From the human T2T-CHM13v2.0 reference genome, Homo sapiens, in the NCBI RefSeq assembly GCF_009914755.1, contig NC_060931.1: 64,000 bases of DNA. One strand, written 5' to 3'. This document shows, piece after piece, positions 39,178-52,850 of the stretch. A model generated the notes under the pieces. That model searched no databases. It saw only the letters and a list, made by a program, of their open reading frames with translations, and was not told where the DNA came from. A program made the translations under genes and the position numbers. Within the stretch, counting starts at the first letter, position 1. Each line of letters begins with the position of its first letter.

Positions 39178-39610
39178 TAGGGTTTCCACATAATTTACCT
39201 TCCAAATCAGGCCAATTTAAAAAAATTGCACATCATAATTGTGCATACTTACGGGGTACACAGTGGTGTTCTGATACACATAATGTATAGATCAGATTAT
39301 CATCTCAAACATTTTTTTTTTGTTTTGGGAACATTCAATATCCTCCTTCTAGCTCTTTGAAATGATATAATATACTATTGTTAACTATTCATCTTACAGT
39401 GTCATCACATGCTAGATCTTATTCCTCCTATCTAGCTATAATTTTGTATCCTTCAACAAATCTCTTTCTATGACCTCCTTCCCCCTCTCTTTCCCAGCCT
39501 GTAGTATCTTCGGTTCTACTTTTTACTTTTATAAAAGATCCAGTTTTAAGAGAGAAAGGGACCACAGCTAATACTTAATGCTGGAACAACAGATATAAAT
39601 CTGGGATACT
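39178..39610 (+). mobile_element. MER94-like hAT-Blackjack element split by an L1MA insertion
   Basis: Left half TAGGGTTTCCACATAATTTACCTTCCAAATCAGG (39178-39218). Right half TTTTAAGAGAGAAAGGGAC...GGAACAACAGATATAAATCTGGGA (39544-39610). Confidence 0.6.
39219..39539 (-). mobile_element. L1MA 3' end
   Basis: ATAATTGTGCATACTTACGGGGTACACAGTG...GGAACATTCAATATCCTCCTTCTAGC...CTTATTCCTCCTATCTAGCT. Confidence 0.88.
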
Positions 39611-42308
39611 AAATTGTACTATACAGTACTAAATTGGGGTTTAGAATGTATCCTGAAAAGTTAAAATGCAGATGGTACTTAAAAGAAAGCAAGGGATATA
39701 AAAAAAGATGCAAAAATTAAATAACAAATAGATCATTAAAAAGTGCATATCAGTCTCAGATATTTAAAATTACTCCCTTCCTTGAACTCAATAGTCAAAT
39801 ACTCAAAAACATTTCTCGTTGAAAAATGATCTTGAGAAGGACAGCCCCAGGAGAAGTGTTTGGTGTGCACGAATTCTAAGCTCCAGTGTTTCTCACGAAT
39901 GGGGTAGAGGAAGACCCTGGCTTTGACTCCCACAGGACCTTCTTTCCTCCCCATTGGCGATTAGTCACTCCATGTTTAAAACTGAAACGTTCATTTTAAA
40001 TACTACAAAAATGTGGCACAGAGCGCAGGCAAGGCATCTGTTCCAGCAAAATGTTATGTTTTGATCATTTTCAGAAATGATTTTTCTGTTTTTAAAGAAA
40101 GTGTGTGGACATGGGGATGAGTCAGTCAATCTGAGGGGTACTGTATGCTGGGTTATTTTGAAAGCTGCAAAATTTAAAAATACATGGAAAGAAAATAATT
40201 TTCCTTAAATATTATTTCAATTTTATTCTTTGACTTAGTATTTTTTTTTCTTTTTTAATCTTTCCATAGCATCAGATTCCTTGCCAGAGGAAAAAAATGC
40301 CATCCTTGAAGGCAGCTATAGAATCATCATCATATGGAATTCTAGATACAGGCCTACAAAAATGTTTATACTTGTATTCAAAGATCTAGGTAATCTTTAT
40401 TGGAAAAAGTGGCATATCTTATGCAAAGGTGATGTACTTAGATATATAACTGCACTTTTTAAAAAAACAGTTCCTGATTACTCAAATATTACCAAAAATC
40501 TATCTATTCCCTGAATAGAACTTCTACCACTTAATATTAGATCTACTACTCAAGTGCAATTGTACAAAAATTGTATCATAACCTCAATATTTTCAATCCT
40601 AATACATACGCCCTTTCATTTTCTGAAATGAAATGCATTTAGTTTACTAACATTGGTTCATAGCCCCCGCCCTGCCCAAATGTAGGCTGTTCTCCAAAAT
40701 CAGAATATTTGGAAGTCTTAATGTAGGACACAATAAAACAAAATTTCAGTAAGATTTCTCTTACTTTTTTTTTTTTTTTCTCTGTAGTCTTGCAGTATTC
40801 CTTTTCCATAGACCCTCAAAAGTAAGCTGAGCCAGCCACTCTGTTTCTGGGCATACTCATGTAGTTTGGTCTCACTTTGCTAGCTCAAATCCCCACTGAG
40901 GAAGAAACCCTCAAGTTCTAGTAGAGAAAAAACACCAGCTTGCTGTGTTTTCCAAAGCAGATCACCTTATATATGTCCATTTCTTTATCTGGAGAAATGG
41001 GAAGACGTGACAGTTATCTACCTCCAATCATAGATTGCTGAATTCTGAGACGTTAGAAATTACTTGTGTTTGTAAAGCATGTACCAGTTAGAGTTTAAAA
41101 TTCCACCATATTGGTTGAACCAGATCAGAACAGCCACCTAACCAACTATTTTTATCTTGATCTGTTCATTTTGGCCATCTAAAGCAGCACAATCAATTGG
41201 ACCAACCATTCTGAGATACAAATTGGCTGGTAAGAAAGCCAAAACACCAGATTGGCTGCTTTTTTTAATTGGTGTTTTTCACGATATGAAAATATTGGGT
41301 GAAAATGGAAAAACTGAGTCAAAGATCCAGATGTTTGATCTTCCTGTTGCCAAATAGCCACACATTTTGTAGCATTCATATTTGCAACTGAATTTCTCAG
41401 CTTTCACCAGAAAGCCTGTCATCATATAGATATAGCCTTAGAAGATCTGTAAACACAAAACTGATATGGTCCCAAGAAAAAAGAATCTCTTTTACCCAAG
41501 ATAACAGTTGCTTGTGTATCTGCTGTTTTTTCCTTACTAGGCAGTTTCCTGAAAAGTAAGGGACAAGGGCTATTGTTCAAAATCCTGTAGTGTTCCCATC
41601 TTTATCTAGGCCTAAATCTGCCTAGAAAGGAGCATACCTATGTAAGCTGATTAACAGCCACAAGAAGAGCTTCTCTCCTGAATTGATCCAATTAGTAATT
41701 CAGATGTAGATACAAAAGCATCACTGCATCATTGCCAGGGGCATGACACAGCCCAGGTCTTTTCAATTGACTTGTCTTGTTAAACACTGACCAGGACTTC
41801 TGTTAGACATTGGAATGGGTGCATCAAGCTGTTCTATATATTCTAAATCCAGTCTGCTAACAACACTTACATAGTTCAAATGAGCTTAGCAAAAATGAAT
41901 ACTATTACCCTTAAGCATGTGTGGTGGGGGCAGGGGGATAAAGTTACGAGTTAAATGTATTGTCATTTTGCCTATTTTTGATGGCTGACATTTGTTTGCA
42001 TTGCTTCTTCTGCACCCAGGCACATATTAATTCAAAGCCACAACCACAGTATGCATTATCTGTAATTTTTCTTTTCTCCTCCTTGGATTCACTCCTCTTG
42101 AAATATCACATTTTAATTATGTGCATAGCAATGACTTCATTGCTTCTTAACTCAGCAGCAGCCAACTCATTTTCCCCCGATGGTATGATGACCTGTCCTG
42201 TGGGAGAAATCCATCTGTTTATATTCTTTAAGCTGTATCTACACAAGGAACAGGTTTTGTATGTTTTGAAACCATCTTTCCTCATTTCACTACTTATTGC
42301 TTGCCTAG

Positions 42309-42439
42309 AAAGGAGAAAGCAAGGAACCAAGAGGAAATCATCACATTCAGTAAGCATTTCTAGCAAAACTAATAAAGTAAGCACATTTGCATAAAGAACA
42401 TGGCCTAAAAATTAGCAAAGGCCATGGATTCCACCCAAG
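42309..42439 (+). ncRNA. Candidate non-coding internal exon (131 nt)
   Basis: Acceptor CCATCTTTCCTCATTTCACTACTTATTGCTTGCCTAG|, a purine-rich start, and a consensus donor AAG|GTAAGT. Stop codons in all frames. Motif evidence only. Confidence 0.35.
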
Positions 42440-43569
42440 GTAAGTATTTTATCTCAGTGTCAAATACATGTATAAACCAATTAGCATAGGACTTCGTATA
42501 CAGAGTAATAAATAATACCTATATTTTTCATTGGGATTATATATGAAAGGACCAAAAGATGAAATATTTGACCCTTGGTAATGTGTGAATGTTAATGAAA
42601 ACTCTTTCTGCAGACCCGATTGTCTATCTGATGCTAATAATAGGTTTATAAAGGAAAGTGATTTTACCTGTCTGGCATGAATTCCTGGCTTGACAGTAAA
42701 CATTGTTTGAAATGTACTTAATAGAGTGCCTTCAAAAGAAATTTTGTACTGTCAACTTACTTTTACAAGTAATTGGAGAAGATTGTTATCACCTGTCACA
42801 GGAAATCTTTAAATGAGAAGGGTTTATTCCAGGAAGAATGCAGTGTTCATCTGTAGAACGTTTTGCTCACCCATATAGTTTCTGGGTTCCACCATGGTCT
42901 TCACTGATGATGGCCCATTGTGAATTGTGGAAATTCTGTACAATGAGATAATGTCTCAGATTTGGATCCAGAGAAAACTCTAAGAGCAATCCTGGGACAG
43001 AGCTGGTAAAAGATTGGAAAAGTGCCCGTCTCAGTCTGTAGGGAAGGCACATCTTCACAGGAAAGAATGAATATAATTCTTCTGCACACTCACTCATCAA
43101 AGAACTAGGTAGAGACCCATGAGGATACAAAGCATTGTTTAATCTAAGCAATGTCAAATTTAGTCAATCCCCGGCAGCCCATAACGATAGCCAAGCATAG
43201 CCTCATTCAGACATAAACAGGCTCAATTTTAGAACTAATACAAATTTAGATAAGCAGGATATTCTTAGGTTCCTCACAAACAGTTAGAAATGGAAGATAG
43301 TTTATTACTGTCCTATCCCTGAGCTTGGAGGTGGACAGGGGGCTGGGTATCCGTGAGAGTGTGCTACTTCAGCTTTACTTCCTAATCCCACTGTGATGCA
43401 GACTGTATGGCTGGCCCTTCTGCTCAGCCATCATTTTTTTCTTACTGATTCCTTCACATAACTGAATTAGGGATCTGAAAAGTTTCTCTAATTCTGAGAG
43501 ATCCAGGCTCATCTATGAACCCTAGGCATATTACATTTCACCATTATTTGGAAAAAAGAAAGAAAAGCA

Positions 43570-43730
43570 TAGTAAATATACGAAGAGCTAAGAGGACAGA
43601 AGAATCATTTTGGGCTAGAACATTCAGAAAAATGCTCCCAGAGGGAAAATAATATGTATTGGGTTTTGAAGGATAGATAAAAGCTGATAATAAAGACATT
43701 CTAAGAAAGCAAATGATGAAAGAGAAGAGA
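43570..43730 (-). mobile_element. L2 fragment
   Basis: TGGGTTTTGAAGGATAGATAAAAG...GACATTCTAAGAAAGCAAATG. Confidence 0.5.
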
Positions 43731-44009
43731 AATCTGATTTGCAGGGAATAACTAGGAAGAAAATACTAGTGCTCAGGAAGTTGATTTTGTTTCATCTCTA
43801 CTTCCTCAGTGAGGAGCAACACCTAGACACTCTTACTATTTTCTCCAGCAACCTTATGAGACCAATATTTATTTATTTATTTATTTATTTATTTTATCAG
43901 AAGAGAGGACATTATGTTCATGATTGCTTCTTTTCAGGTAACGGTTTTAGACTTATGTCAATTACATTCCCCGAATCCTGGTGAAGCATGTTTCATTATC
44001 CTTAAACAT

Positions 44010-44598
44010 TGTGCCAATTATCGAGCTGTTGTCTTTCAGTTTCAAATTCACCCTTCTGCTATCAGCTTTGGGAAAGTGAGCCTGGGATTCTGAAAACCAC
44101 TTTTCTGCCTGGTCGGAGGGTACCATATTAGACTCTGCCAGTGCAAGGACTGGGGGAGACTGTAGAGCTGGAGCAGGGAGAAGGACTTGCTCGTTCCTGT
44201 CTGATTCTTGCTCCAATGCTTCTTCACTCTAGCAGTGAGGTTGCCTTTCTGGAGCAGCAGCTGAATCTAGCTAGCAGTTTTTCCAACTCAGAATCAGGCT
44301 TACGAAATTCTTCTCAGAGACACCAGCAATACACTGGGCCTTCTTGTAGGCCTGGATTCCCACACCACAGAGCTACCTCTCCAAGCTTCTAAGGGTTGAA
44401 AGTTCCAGCTTCTTTCCTTAATTCCCCAGCCCTATGGGTGGTGGCTCTTTCTTGCGGTTGTGCCCTCCATGATACCTTAGAATCCTCCTTTCACTCTCTC
44501 AGTTCTTCTATACATAATTAACAGTTCTTTATATGAAATTCTCTCCATTAAAATAACCTGAGTGATTTCAGTTTCCTAACTGGACCCTGACTGAATCA
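44010..44598 (+). mobile_element. LTR41-like (ERVL) solo LTR inserted in a MIR
   Basis: Starts TGTGCCAATTATCGAGCTGTTGTCTTTCAGTTTCAAATTCACCCTTCT and ends GTTTCCTAACTGGACCCTGACTGAATCA. MIR-like sequence continues at 44599-44740 (CAGATGAAGAAC...). Confidence 0.75.
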
Positions 44599-44799
44599 CA
44601 GATGAAGAACCTAAAACTTAAATAGATTATTTAGTTAATTAACTTTTTTAAGTTTCCACAACTAACTTGTAATGCTGGTGGTCTAGATTTGAACTACAGC
44701 TCTTCTGACTAATGTCTTACTCTTTTAGCCCTCACTATAATTAGCCTCCAGCTAGACACCTGCAGAGACACAGCATTTTTTTCCAACTATTGCAACCCA

Positions 44800-45423
44800 C
44801 TTGAATTAGTCAAGACTTTTATGGTTTTAGGTGGTAGAAATCCAAACAGAGCTAGGTTAGCACAAAGGAAGAATTTCTTGACTCACATAACTATATGTTG
44901 GGAAACGAAAGGGTAGGAGGGGGATTCTGCTGAATGTATGGCCAGGCCTTAGCCCTGTACCTGGGACAGAGGAGTCTCTCTTCCCTACCCTCAGCCTCCA
45001 CTACAATATACACACATGCCCACATCTCTCCTTCCTGTTTCATTTTTTCAGATTGCAGGAAACCCACCTGCTGGGTTATATGTTCCAATTTCACCACCAG
45101 AGAGACCAAAGACTTGTTTTTTCTCCCTCTGATCCCAAGCTCAAAAATCCCAGGAAAGGGATCTGCTGGTACATTTTGGATCAGGAGTTCATACCTGTTC
45201 CAATCACTGATGAATGGTTGTAGGGAAAGGCTAGAGGGTGACACCAATGCCTTTCCAGTTTGGAATAGGTATCTTTTCCCAGTGACCATAAATAGTAGTC
45301 AAGGGGAAGGATTTATAAACCAAGAGAAGCTCCCACGTAAACCCCAAAGTTAAAATAGAGGAAGGATTTCCCAGCAGAAGCTTGTATGCTAGTCTAGGCA
45401 AGCAAAACAATAGATGTCTAATA
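44800..45423 (-). mobile_element. MLT1 (J/K/L-type) MaLR LTR
   Basis: TTAGTCAAGACTTTTATGGTT...AGAAATCCAAAC...AAAGGAAGAATTTCTTGACTCACATAACT, with terminus GGCAAGCAAAACAATAGATGTCTAATA. Confidence 0.7.
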
Positions 45424-45757
45424 TCTTACTCTTGCTATAAACTTTGCATTCTTACTCTGCATGCCTACGGTACAATAATAAATCACATCTATGTTTTGTA
45501 GAAACAAGCTATAGATCATTACTAATTAAATGCATGGGTTGTTTTGGTAAGTGACTAGTCCTGCAAATACTGGATTTTGAAATGTCTTCCTTTTCTTTTT
45601 ATAATGTTGCTATGAAGTCTTTCATAATAGTTTAAATGTGTTAATGAATCAATATATAGTCATAAGCCTCAAACACTAAAGATCTTTCAGTCAGTATTAC
45701 TGGGGCCAACTCTGACATTCATAGGATGACAAGAATTTATTTTAAAATAAATTAACA

Positions 45758-46030
45758 CCCTTTGGGAGGCCGAGGCTGGTGGATCACGAGGTCAGGAGTT
45801 CGAGACCAGTCTGGCCAACATAGTGAAACCCTGTCTTTACTAAAAATACAAAAAATTAGCTGGGTGTGGTGGTGTGGGCCTGTAATCCCAGCTACTTAGG
45901 AGGCTGAGGCAGGAGAATCACTTGAACCCCGGAGACGGAGGTTGCAGTGAGCCGAGATCGTGCCGTTGCACTCCAGCCCAGGCGACAATGTGAGACTCAT
46001 CTCAAAAAAATAAACAAATGATAAATAAAT
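45758..46030 (+). mobile_element. 5'-truncated AluSg-like element
   Basis: Begins at CTTTGGGAGGCCGAGG, so the first ~38 nt including the A box are missing. Contains GGATCACGAGGTCAGGAGTTCGAGACC and an A-rich tail. AATTAACA flanks both sides. Confidence 0.93.
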
Positions 46031-46034
46031 TAAT

Positions 46035-46265
46035 TAACAAATACTAAGCACCGTGTCTTAGGTGCTGGTTTTGGAGTTTTACATTTTATTAGCACCACAA
46101 TGACCCTGTGAAGTGAGCATGATTGTTCCCTCTTTTCAGAGGAGGAAATTAAGGCTTGGTGAGAGTAAATCACTTACCCAAATTGATGAAATTAGTAGGC
46201 AGTCAATGCAGGGGATTATAATGTAGATCTAAAGGATTTAAAGCCACATTTTATGTGCACTACAT
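46035..46265 (-). mobile_element. MIR SINE
   Basis: CCCTCTTTTCAGAGGAGGAAATTAAGGCTTGGTGAGAGTAAATCACTTACCCAA. Confidence 0.75.
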
Positions 46266-46462
46266 CAGGTTTTCCTCACTGAGCTCTGTGGAGTGCAGTT
46301 TTTGGCAGAGACACCTCAGGGGCCACTACGAGCTCCAGTCAGCTGGACTTGGGCATCTGACTTCACCTTGCCCCCATCTCTGCATCAGAGAGCAGCTCTG
46401 CCTTCATACTGTGTTAGTTCAGGGCTTCTTTTGAGGCTGTCTTTAAAATAAACTAAACCATG
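46266..46462 (+). mobile_element. Charlie4z-like hAT element
   Basis: CAGGTTTTCCTCACTGAGCTCTGTGGAG...CACCTCAGGGGCCACT...AGAGCAGCTCTGC. Orientation is uncertain. Confidence 0.5.
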
Positions 46463-46474
46463 GTAACTTTATAC

Positions 46475-46737
46475 TAGCAGCATCTCTGCCCTCCACTCAC
46501 TAGATGCCAGCAGCACTCCCTTCTCTAGTGGCAGCAATAAAAAATGTCGCTTTGGCTGAGTGCAGTAGCTCATGCCTGTAATCCCAGCGATTTGGGAGGC
46601 TGGGGCCAGGAGTTTAAGACCACCCTGTGTAACGTGGCCAAGACCCCTATCTCTACAAAAAAAAAGTTTCCAGATGTGGGATTGGTAAATGTCCCCTGGA
46701 TGGTAAAGTAAAATCGTGCCCCAGTTGAGAACTATTG
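46475..46737 (-). mobile_element. MER20 split by a FLAM
   Basis: AGCAGCATCTCTGCCCTCCACTCACTAGATGCCAGCAGCAC...AAAAATGTC, then the FLAM, then TCCAGATG...AAATGTCCCCTGG...CCCCAGTTGAGAACTATTG. Confidence 0.85.
46554..46665 (+). mobile_element. FLAM/Alu left monomer with an internal deletion
   Basis: GGCTGAGTGCAGTAGCTCATGCCTGTAATCCCAGC...GGCCAGGAGTTTAAGACC...ATCTCTACAAAAAAAAA. Confidence 0.88.
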
Positions 46738-46785
46738 TTTTTAAAAAATCCATCTCTTTTTTGTCTGTTTTTGTTTTTGTTTTTG

Positions 46786-47145
46786 TTTATAGAGGAAAAA
46801 GGTTTAATCGACTCACAGTTCAGCCTGGCTGGGGAGGCCCCAGGAAACTTACAATTATGGCAAAAGGTGAAGGAGGCCCGAGGAAACTTACAGTTGTGGC
46901 AAAAGGTGAAGCAAACATCCTTCTTCACATGGTGGCAGAAAGGAGAAGAATGAGCAAAATGGGGAAGAGCCCCTTATAAAATCATCAGATCTCGTGAGAA
47001 CTCACTCACTATCATGAGAACAACATGGAGGTAACTGCCCCTGTGATTCAATGACCTCCCACCGGGTCCCTTCCACAACATGTAGGAATTACGGGAACTA
47101 CAATTCAAGGTGAGATTTGGGTGGGGACACAGCCAAACCATATCA
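46786..47145 (-). mobile_element. THE1 (C/D-like) MaLR LTR with an internal 39-bp tandem duplication
   Basis: GGTTTAATCGACTCACAGTTC...CAGATCTCGTGAGAACTCACTCACTATCATGAGAAC...GATTTGGGTGGGGACACAGCCAAACCATATCA. Confidence 0.93.
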
Positions 47146-47199
47146 CTATCTTTTATGATATTTTATATGCAACTTAGTGTATTGCCTACTTTCATAATT

Positions 47200-48757
<1,558 letters not shown>

Positions 48758-50579
48758 CTCTTCTAATACAAAGATACTCTTAATGGATTTTAATGATTTT
48801 TTTAAAAAATGGGTTTTAAAAAAATGGAACCAGGGCATCATAATGTGTTATATTTATAAACACCTGAGTTCAAAATGATATTGAACTGTTGTTTTTATTG
48901 AAATCTTTACCCAGGTCATCACATTTTGAAAGCTTTAAAATGCTACAGCCAAACGCTGAACGATTATCTTAAGTATTAAGAAATTTGCTTCTAATTTGTG
49001 GCTTTTGATGTTGTTCTTCATTAATACTCAGGCTTGTTGAGAGAAGCAGAGCATCTTAGCACCAGAAGGAATGTCAAGAGGTTATTGGCTGCACCACTAT
49101 GCCTACCTGCAAATCAACATCTGGACCATTCCTAGATCAGTGTTTAAGAGCAGGGAATCATGGGCACTGGCTGTATCTAATTATTGCCAGATAATATCAC
49201 CTAAAATGAAAGTTCCTTAATGTTTGCCTGACACATCATTGGCAATCTCATTCAGCAAGCTACTTCATTTATTTAGCTTGGCATAATTCTCAAGCACACA
49301 CAAGAATTATCTCCTGATCAAAGCTAGGCATCATATGGGCTTTATTGAGGCTGTTTTATGGTTAAGCTGGGAAACCCTTTCACTCACCTGTAAAATTTGT
49401 AAGACAAATTATTTTGATCATACAAATTGAAGAAAATTGGACCTCAATGGCTCATTTTTATGTTTTAGAGAGCTTTCAAAAATTATTTTATAAGGGTAAT
49501 TTTTATTCTGCCTATAAGTTCTCTTTGTCTGACTTCCCAGTTAGGGTATGATGATCTTTTATTTAGTTATGTGTCATTGATAGGTGACTCAGTTTTTCTT
49601 TGGGAGATGCCATTCTCACCCATCTCCTCCGTAACTAGCAACAGGATGGCATATTAAGGGATTTGCTTCTGATTCCACTGGAAACACAAATTATCTGTGT
49701 ATTAGCAAAGCAACACGTATAAAGGATTTCCTAAGGATAGTTAGTCTATTTCCCTAGAGATCCTTAAATTGTGAGGCCCAAGGGTTTTAAAAGGGTTATG
49801 AACACCAAAAATAAAAAATGTATGCAAAAATGTGTGTTAAATTTAGGGAGGTAAGGAAGCTGGAGAGATTTTCAGATATCTTAGTCCAAAAATATTGCCC
49901 TTTTAAACAAAGTCAGGGGAACTGAGAATTATATAATCTGTAGCAGTCTCCTCTGTAGAATTGGTTTGACTGATTGTGCTTTGTTGATATGTCATAAATC
50001 CTGAAGGCATGCCTTAGGATACTAACAGCTGTTTCTCCCATAGAGATGTTTGTGGAGAGTGTTTTCTGTTGCATTATGCAGTTTATTCTTCATGAGTAAA
50101 CCTTGGGGAAAAAAATTCTCTTTTAGTGTAAGTGTGAAGAATAGCTATGCATCCACTGACCAATTATTTGGTGTTTATATTATGGGCAAAAGAAATTGTG
50201 TGACTACCCACATTTCTCTCCTCATCTTGGCTGTGGGAAAGCCTAATGCTCAATTTGTGGCCCAGTTTTAGCAACTGTACAGGACTCCTTGGTATGCTTG
50301 ATTGGATCAGACACATTCTTGGTTCCATTTTCTGTCCCTGGGGCTGTTTTTCTTTATTCTTTTTTTCCTCAAAATCCTAATATTTATATTACTGTGCTGT
50401 TTATAACTGTTTATGAGATCCAAACCTGTTTTGAAACAGGATAGATTGTAAATACACTCTTTTTAAATAGTAACAAATAACTAAAATGAAAAAGAACAAA
50501 GCCAAATGATTAATGGCATTCTGTGGCTGGGGAAGATGCTGATGATAAAAAGGACGTTCACATACGAATAGGAATTCTT

Positions 50580-50935
50580 CCAATAGAGAAAGTAGAAGAG
50601 GAAGCATTGCTGCAGGAGGATTGCAGCAACAATGGCATTAGATAAGCCTGAGGAGTTCAAAAGGAGAGCAGCAGCCCTTGTTTGCATGGATTGAGACTGG
50701 AGAGAGTAGGAGGAACATCATGGTTTGCAAGCTAAATTAGACTCAGGTTGTGAAATGCCTCGTTTACTGTGCTATGGGTGTGGCTTTATCTCGTAGACAA
50801 TGGAAAATGACCAAGTAATTTAAGTCACAAAAGTGGTGTGATCAGAATGTACCCCAGGAAGATAACTCTAGTGACCCTGAGGAGGAGGAAATGGAACTAA
50901 TGGAGAGAATGAAGGCATGAAGACCTGTTTGGGTC
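50580..50935 (-). mobile_element. L2 fragment
   Basis: GTGTGGCTTTATCTCGTAGACAATGGAAAATGAC...GTGATCAGAATGTACCCCAGGAAGATAACTCT. Confidence 0.7.
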
Positions 50936-50948
50936 ATTTATAGCCTGC

Positions 50949-50974
50949 TTGTTTGTTTGTTTGTTTGTTTGTTT
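50949..50974. repeat. (GTTT)n microsatellite
   Basis: Read directly from the sequence. Confidence 0.9.
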
Positions 50975-51666
50975 CCCCATCTCAGAGCCAACTTCAATAA
51001 AAACCAGACCAAGTTATGTAGGAATAGCCTCTTTGCCTCCAGAAAATGAGGTCTAAAAAAAAAAAAATCTTGGTGTCCTGATCCTGGAGTCCTGGACTCC
51101 TGGGAACCTAAAAGTCTAGTTGCCCTGCCTACCTTCATCCCACATGACCCACTTGTTCCAGGAATCTCGCTCAGGTTCTAGGTGTCCATCCATTCAATCT
51201 CTTCATTCCAGTCTTTGGTACCCATGTCATTGCTTCAGCCCATCGGCTAAGAACCACAGCTCTCCTGCTTACTCCTGTCAGTTTCCTTTGATCTGGGCAT
51301 AGACCTTGAACCAGTATTCTCACATCTTAACTTGAATCCCCTTCCCTAGTTTACAGAATCACCAGGTGCTGAGAATAGCTGCTGCCTGGAAATCTGGTTG
51401 CCACGCCCAACTTTTCCTACACCCATTATCCACTGATTATTGATTTTGCTAAGGGTATCCTAAGTTTGGTATACCTTTTTGGACTTGGTTTTGGTGCAAC
51501 AGTAGCGGCTGGAAGAGTACCCCTGCTATTTTTATCAGTTTCTTTTCTGCCCTTACCTCTCTTAATCTTGTGATCATAGCCTATGTCCTTCTCCTGCAGG
51601 GAACTCCAAAAATGCAGTGAACCAGAGGCCAGACTGTTTACTGATGATAAGGAAGCTATTGGTATA

Positions 51667-52850
51667 TAGTCGTGTCCCATATAATGAAATTTTGGTCAAT
51701 GGACCACATATACGATGGTGGTCCCATAAGATTATAATGGAGTTGAAAAATTTCTATCACCTCGTGATGTCATAACCCATTGTAACATCGTAGCACAACA
51801 CATTATTCATGTGATGATGCTGGTATGAACAAACCTACTGCACTGCCAATTGTATAAAAATCTAGCACATTCAATTATGTACAGTACATAATACTGGAGG
51901 ACGATAATAAATGACAGTGTTACTGGTTTATGTATTTACTACACTTTTAACCATTATTTTGGAGTGTACTCCTACTTATTAAAAAAAGTTAACCATAAAA
52001 CAGTCTCAGGAAGATCCTTTAGGTGGGTTAGGGTTAGGGTTACGGCATTTTTTTGTCACAGGAGATGAGAACTCCATGTGTGTTAGCAACCCTGAAGACC
52101 TCCCAGTGGGACAAGATGTGAAGGTTAAAGACAGTGATATTGGTGATCCTGACCCTGTGTGGACCTAAGCTACTGTGTGTGCTTGTGTCTTAGTTTTTAA
52201 CAAAAAAGTTAAACATGTTAAAATATAAAATAAAATATTTAAAAATAGAAAAAAGCTTATAGAATAAGGATATGCAGAAAGAAAATATTTTGTACAGCTG
52301 TACAATGTGCTGATGTTTTAAACTACCATAAAAGAGTCAAAAAATAAAAAAATTAAAAATTCATAAAGTTAAAACGTTGCAGTACATAAGGTTAACTTAT
52401 TATTGAAGACAGTTTTCAATATAAATTTAGTGTAGCTTAAGTGCACAGTGTTTATAGTCTGCAGTAATGTACAGTAATGCCCTAGACCTACACATTCACT
52501 CTCCACTCAGTCATTGACTCCCCAGAGCAGCTTCCAGTCCTGCACGCCCCATTCATGGTAAGTGCCCTATATGGTGCACTATTTTAAAAAATGTTTTATA
52601 CCATAGTTTTACTGTTCTTTGTAATATTTAGATACAAAAATACTTTCCATTGTGTTACAATTGCCTACAGAATTCATATAGGAATATGCTGTAGCCTAAG
52701 AGCAGTAGGCTATACTATATAGCCTAAGTGTGTAGTAGGCTATACAGTCTAGGTTTGTGTTAAGTACACTCTGTGATGTTCGCGTAATGAAATTGTCTAA
52801 TGATGCATTTCTCAGAATATATCCACATCTCGTTAAGCAACACAGGACTG
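51667..52850 (+). mobile_element. Tigger3b (TcMar-Tigger) non-autonomous element, complete
   Basis: TA TSDs at 51665-51666 and 52851-52852. Left end TAGTCGTGTCCCATATAATGAAATTTTGGTCAATGGACCACATATACGATGGTGGTCCCATAAGATTATAATGG. Right end GCATTTCTCAGAATAT...CGTTAAGCAACACAGGACTG. About 1.18 kb. Confidence 0.93.
52025..52042 (+). repeat. Short interstitial telomeric sequence (GGGTTA)3
   Basis: GGGTTAGGGTTAGGGTTA, preceded by TTAGGT. Confidence 0.9.

Noticed and set aside
44130-44160. Expected LTR41 CTCF site
   Set aside because: This copy reads GCCAGTGCAAGGACTGG rather than the recalled GCCAATAGGGGGCGCTAG, so the motif has decayed.
49045-49260. Possible L3/CR1 3'-end fragment
   Set aside because: Similarity too weak to support by eye.
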